The notes under the pieces are model-generated. The model saw nothing but the letters and a program-made list of their open reading frames with translations. It searched no databases and was not told where the DNA came from. The translations under genes and the position numbers were made by a program. A DNA stretch of 21,171 bases from NCBI RefSeq assembly GCF_003334355.1, contig NZ_QOWP01000047.1; one strand, given 5' to 3'. Source of the DNA: Escherichia coli. Lineage in GTDB: Bacteria; Pseudomonadota; Gammaproteobacteria; Enterobacterales; Enterobacteriaceae. This document shows, in pieces, positions 19,236-21,171 of this stretch. Position 1 is the stretch's first letter, and every line of letters starts with the position of its first letter.

Positions 19236-20288
19236 ATGAAAAAAATACCCTGCGTGATGATGCGAGGTGGAACCTCGAGGGGCGCGTTCCTGTTAGCGGA
19301 ACATTTACCCGAAGATCAAACGCAGCGCGATAAAATATTGATGGCAATTATGGGTTCCGGTAACGATCTGGAAATTGACGGTATTGGCGGCGGTAATCCA
19401 CTGACCAGTAAAGTCGCCATTATTAGCCGTTCCAGCGATCCGCGTGCTGATGTCGATTATCTGTTTGCGCAGGTAATCGTTCATGAGCAACGTGTCGATA
19501 CCACGCCTAACTGCGGCAATATGCTGTCTGGTGTTGGGGCATTCGCCATTGAAAATGGTTTGATTGCAGCGACTTCGCCAGTTACTCGCGTACGTATCCG
19601 CAACGTCAATACGGGTACGTTCATCGAAGCTGATGTGCAAACGCCAAATGGTGTTGTCGAGTACGAGGGTAGCGCCAGAATTGACGGCGTACCGGGTACT
19701 GCCGCACCGGTTGCGCTCACTTTCCTGAATGCCGCTGGAACCAAAACCGGAAAAGTTTTCCCGACTGATAATCAGATTGATTATTTTGACGATGTCCCGG
19801 TGACCTGTATCGATATGGCGATGCCAGTCGTCATTATTCCGGCTGAATATCTGGGAAAAACAGGTTATGAATTACCGGCGGAACTGGATGCCGACAAAGC
19901 ATTATTAGCCCGCATTGAATCTATCCGTCTACAAGCGGGTAAAGCAATGGGCTTAGGTGATGTCAGTAATATGGTTATCCCTAAACCTGTGCTTATTTCT
20001 CCAGCGCAGAAAGGCGGGGCAATTAATGTGCGTTATTTTATGCCGCATTCTTGCCATCGCGCGCTGGCGATAACCGGTGCTATTGCTATTTCCAGTAGTT
20101 GTGCATTGGAAGGCACCGTCACCCGACAAATCGTCCTTTCTGTAGGATACGGCAATATCAATATTGAACACCCCAGTGGTGCGCTCGACGTTCATTTAAG
20201 TAATGAAGGTCAGGATGCCACGACGTTACGCGCATCTGTTATTCGGACGACCAGAAAAATATTTTCCGGTGAAGTTTATCTTCCCTGA
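19236..20288 (+). CDS. ybhH: PrpF / methylaconitate-isomerase-like putative isomerase (diaminopimelate-epimerase fold)
   Basis: 350 aa ORF; GAGGG ribosome-binding site; contains a TPNCGNM motif reminiscent of the catalytic Cys region of the PrpF/DapF-like fold; recognised as E. coli YbhH. Confidence 0.9.
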   Translation: MKKIPCVMMRGGTSRGAFLLAEHLPEDQTQRDKILMAIMGSGNDLEIDGIGGGNPLTSKVAIISRSSDPRADVDYLFAQVIVHEQRVDTTPNCGNMLSGVGAFAIENGLIAATSPVTRVRIRNVNTGTFIEADVQTPNGVVEYEGSARIDGVPGTAAPVALTFLNAAGTKTGKVFPTDNQIDYFDDVPVTCIDMAMPVVIIPAEYLGKTGYELPAELDADKALLARIESIRLQAGKAMGLGDVSNMVIPKPVLISPAQKGGAINVRYFMPHSCHRALAITGAIAISSSCALEGTVTRQIVLSVGYGNINIEHPSGALDVHLSNEGQDATTLRASVIRTTRKIFSGEVYLP

Positions 20289-20327
20289 AAAAATTCGTTG
20301 TCAGGATAAGGACAATCAATAAAGGAC

Positions 20328-20348
20328 TTCTGTATGAGTCATACAGAA
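20328..20348. promoter_or_regulatory. 21-bp perfect palindrome between ybhH and ybhI
   Basis: TTCTGTATGA-G-TCATACAGAA; the two 10-nt arms are exact reverse complements; 16 bp upstream of the ybhI ATG. Confidence 0.5.
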
Positions 20349-20363
20349 AGAACAGGATTTTAA

Positions 20364-21098
20364 ATGAATAAGAAATCGTTATGGAAGCTAATTCTGATAT
20401 TAGCGATCCCATGTATTATTGGCTTTATGCCAGCTCCGGCAGGATTAAGCGAACTGGCGTGGGTGCTTTTTGGTATTTACCTGGCGGCCATTGTGGGGCT
20501 GGTTATCAAGCCTTTCCCGGAACCTGTCGTACTGTTAATTGCCGTTGCTGCCTCAATGGTGGTGGTCGGTAACTTATCCGACGGTGCGTTTAAAACCACC
20601 GCCGTATTAAGCGGTTACTCTTCAGGTACCACCTGGCTGGTGTTCTCGGCGTTTACCTTAAGCGCCGCATTTGTGACCACCGGTTTAGGTAAACGTATTG
20701 CCTATCTGCTGATTGGTAAAATCGGTAACACCACGCTGGGTCTGGGTTACGTTACGGTATTCCTCGATCTGGTACTGGCTCCGGCAACACCGTCTAACAC
20801 CGCGCGTGCGGGCGGCATTGTGTTACCGATCATCAACAGCGTGGCGGTGGCTTTGGGGTCCGAACCGGAAAAAAGTCCGCGTCGTGTCGGACATTACCTG
20901 ATGATGTCCATTTACATGGTCACCAAAACCACCAGCTATATGTTCTTTACCGCAATGGCGGGGAACATTCTGGCGCTGAAAATGATCAACGACATTCTGC
21001 ACCTGCAAATTAGCTGGGGTGGATGGGCGCTGGCAGCCGGATTGCCGGGCATCATTATGCTGCTGGTCACCCCGCTGGTGATTTACACCATGTACTGA
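20364..21098 (+). pseudogene. ybhI: DASS-family (divalent anion:Na+ symporter-type) transporter YbhI, N-terminal 244 codons only, interrupted by an IS10 insertion
   Basis: The hydrophobic multi-helix translation is recognised as the N-terminal half of YbhI (about 477 aa in reference K-12 as I recall). The reading frame ends ...VIYTMY-TGA, where the TGA is supplied by the first bases of the IS10 terminus (CTGATGAATCCCC). Confidence 0.85.
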
Positions 21099-21171
21099 TG
21101 AATCCCCTAATGATTTTTATCAAAATCATTAAGTTAAGGTAGATACACATCTTGTCATATGATCAAATGGT
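21095..21171 (+). mobile_element. Terminus (outside end) of IS10 / Tn10-type insertion sequence, partial, running off the window
   Basis: CTGATGAATCCCCTAATGATTTTTATCAAAATCATTAAGTTAAGGTAGATACACATCTTGTCATATGATCAAATGG is recognised as the IS10 terminal inverted repeat and adjacent transposase-promoter region, including an IHF-like site (TATCAAAATCATTA) and the Dam GATC site at 21161-21164. The transposase ATG would lie about 30 bp past the window end. Confidence 0.8.

Overview
This window reads as a well-known core segment of an Escherichia coli K-12-type chromosome (about 17 min), not a novel accessory island. Gene order, left to right: the last two tRNA-Lys(UUU) genes of the lysT tRNA operon, nadA-pnuC (+), zitB (-), ybgS (-), aroG (+), gpmA (-), galM-galK-galT-galE (-, i.e. 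galETKM with its P1/P2-CRP-OE/OI control region), modF-modE (-), acrZ (+), modABC (+), ybhA (-), pgl (+), ybhD (-), ybhH (+) and ybhI (+). The one clearly non-reference feature is at the right edge: ybhI is cut after codon 244 by what I recognise as the terminal sequence of IS10 (Tn10-type), which runs off the window. The least characterised biology is the ybhD / ybhH-ybhI cassette (LysR-type regulator divergent from a PrpF-like isomerase and a DASS-family transporter), which is disrupted here by the insertion. Several regulatory sites are readable directly (NadR box, TyrR box, gal operators, ModE operator, Fur-like box, REP/BIME, intrinsic terminators). Product and gene names come from recognising the translated proteins from memory; no database search was run. 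Several ORF-track starts are N-terminally over-extended and were trimmed to the start with a ribosome-binding site that matches the known protein. I found no CRISPR array, toxin-antitoxin pair or defence system.
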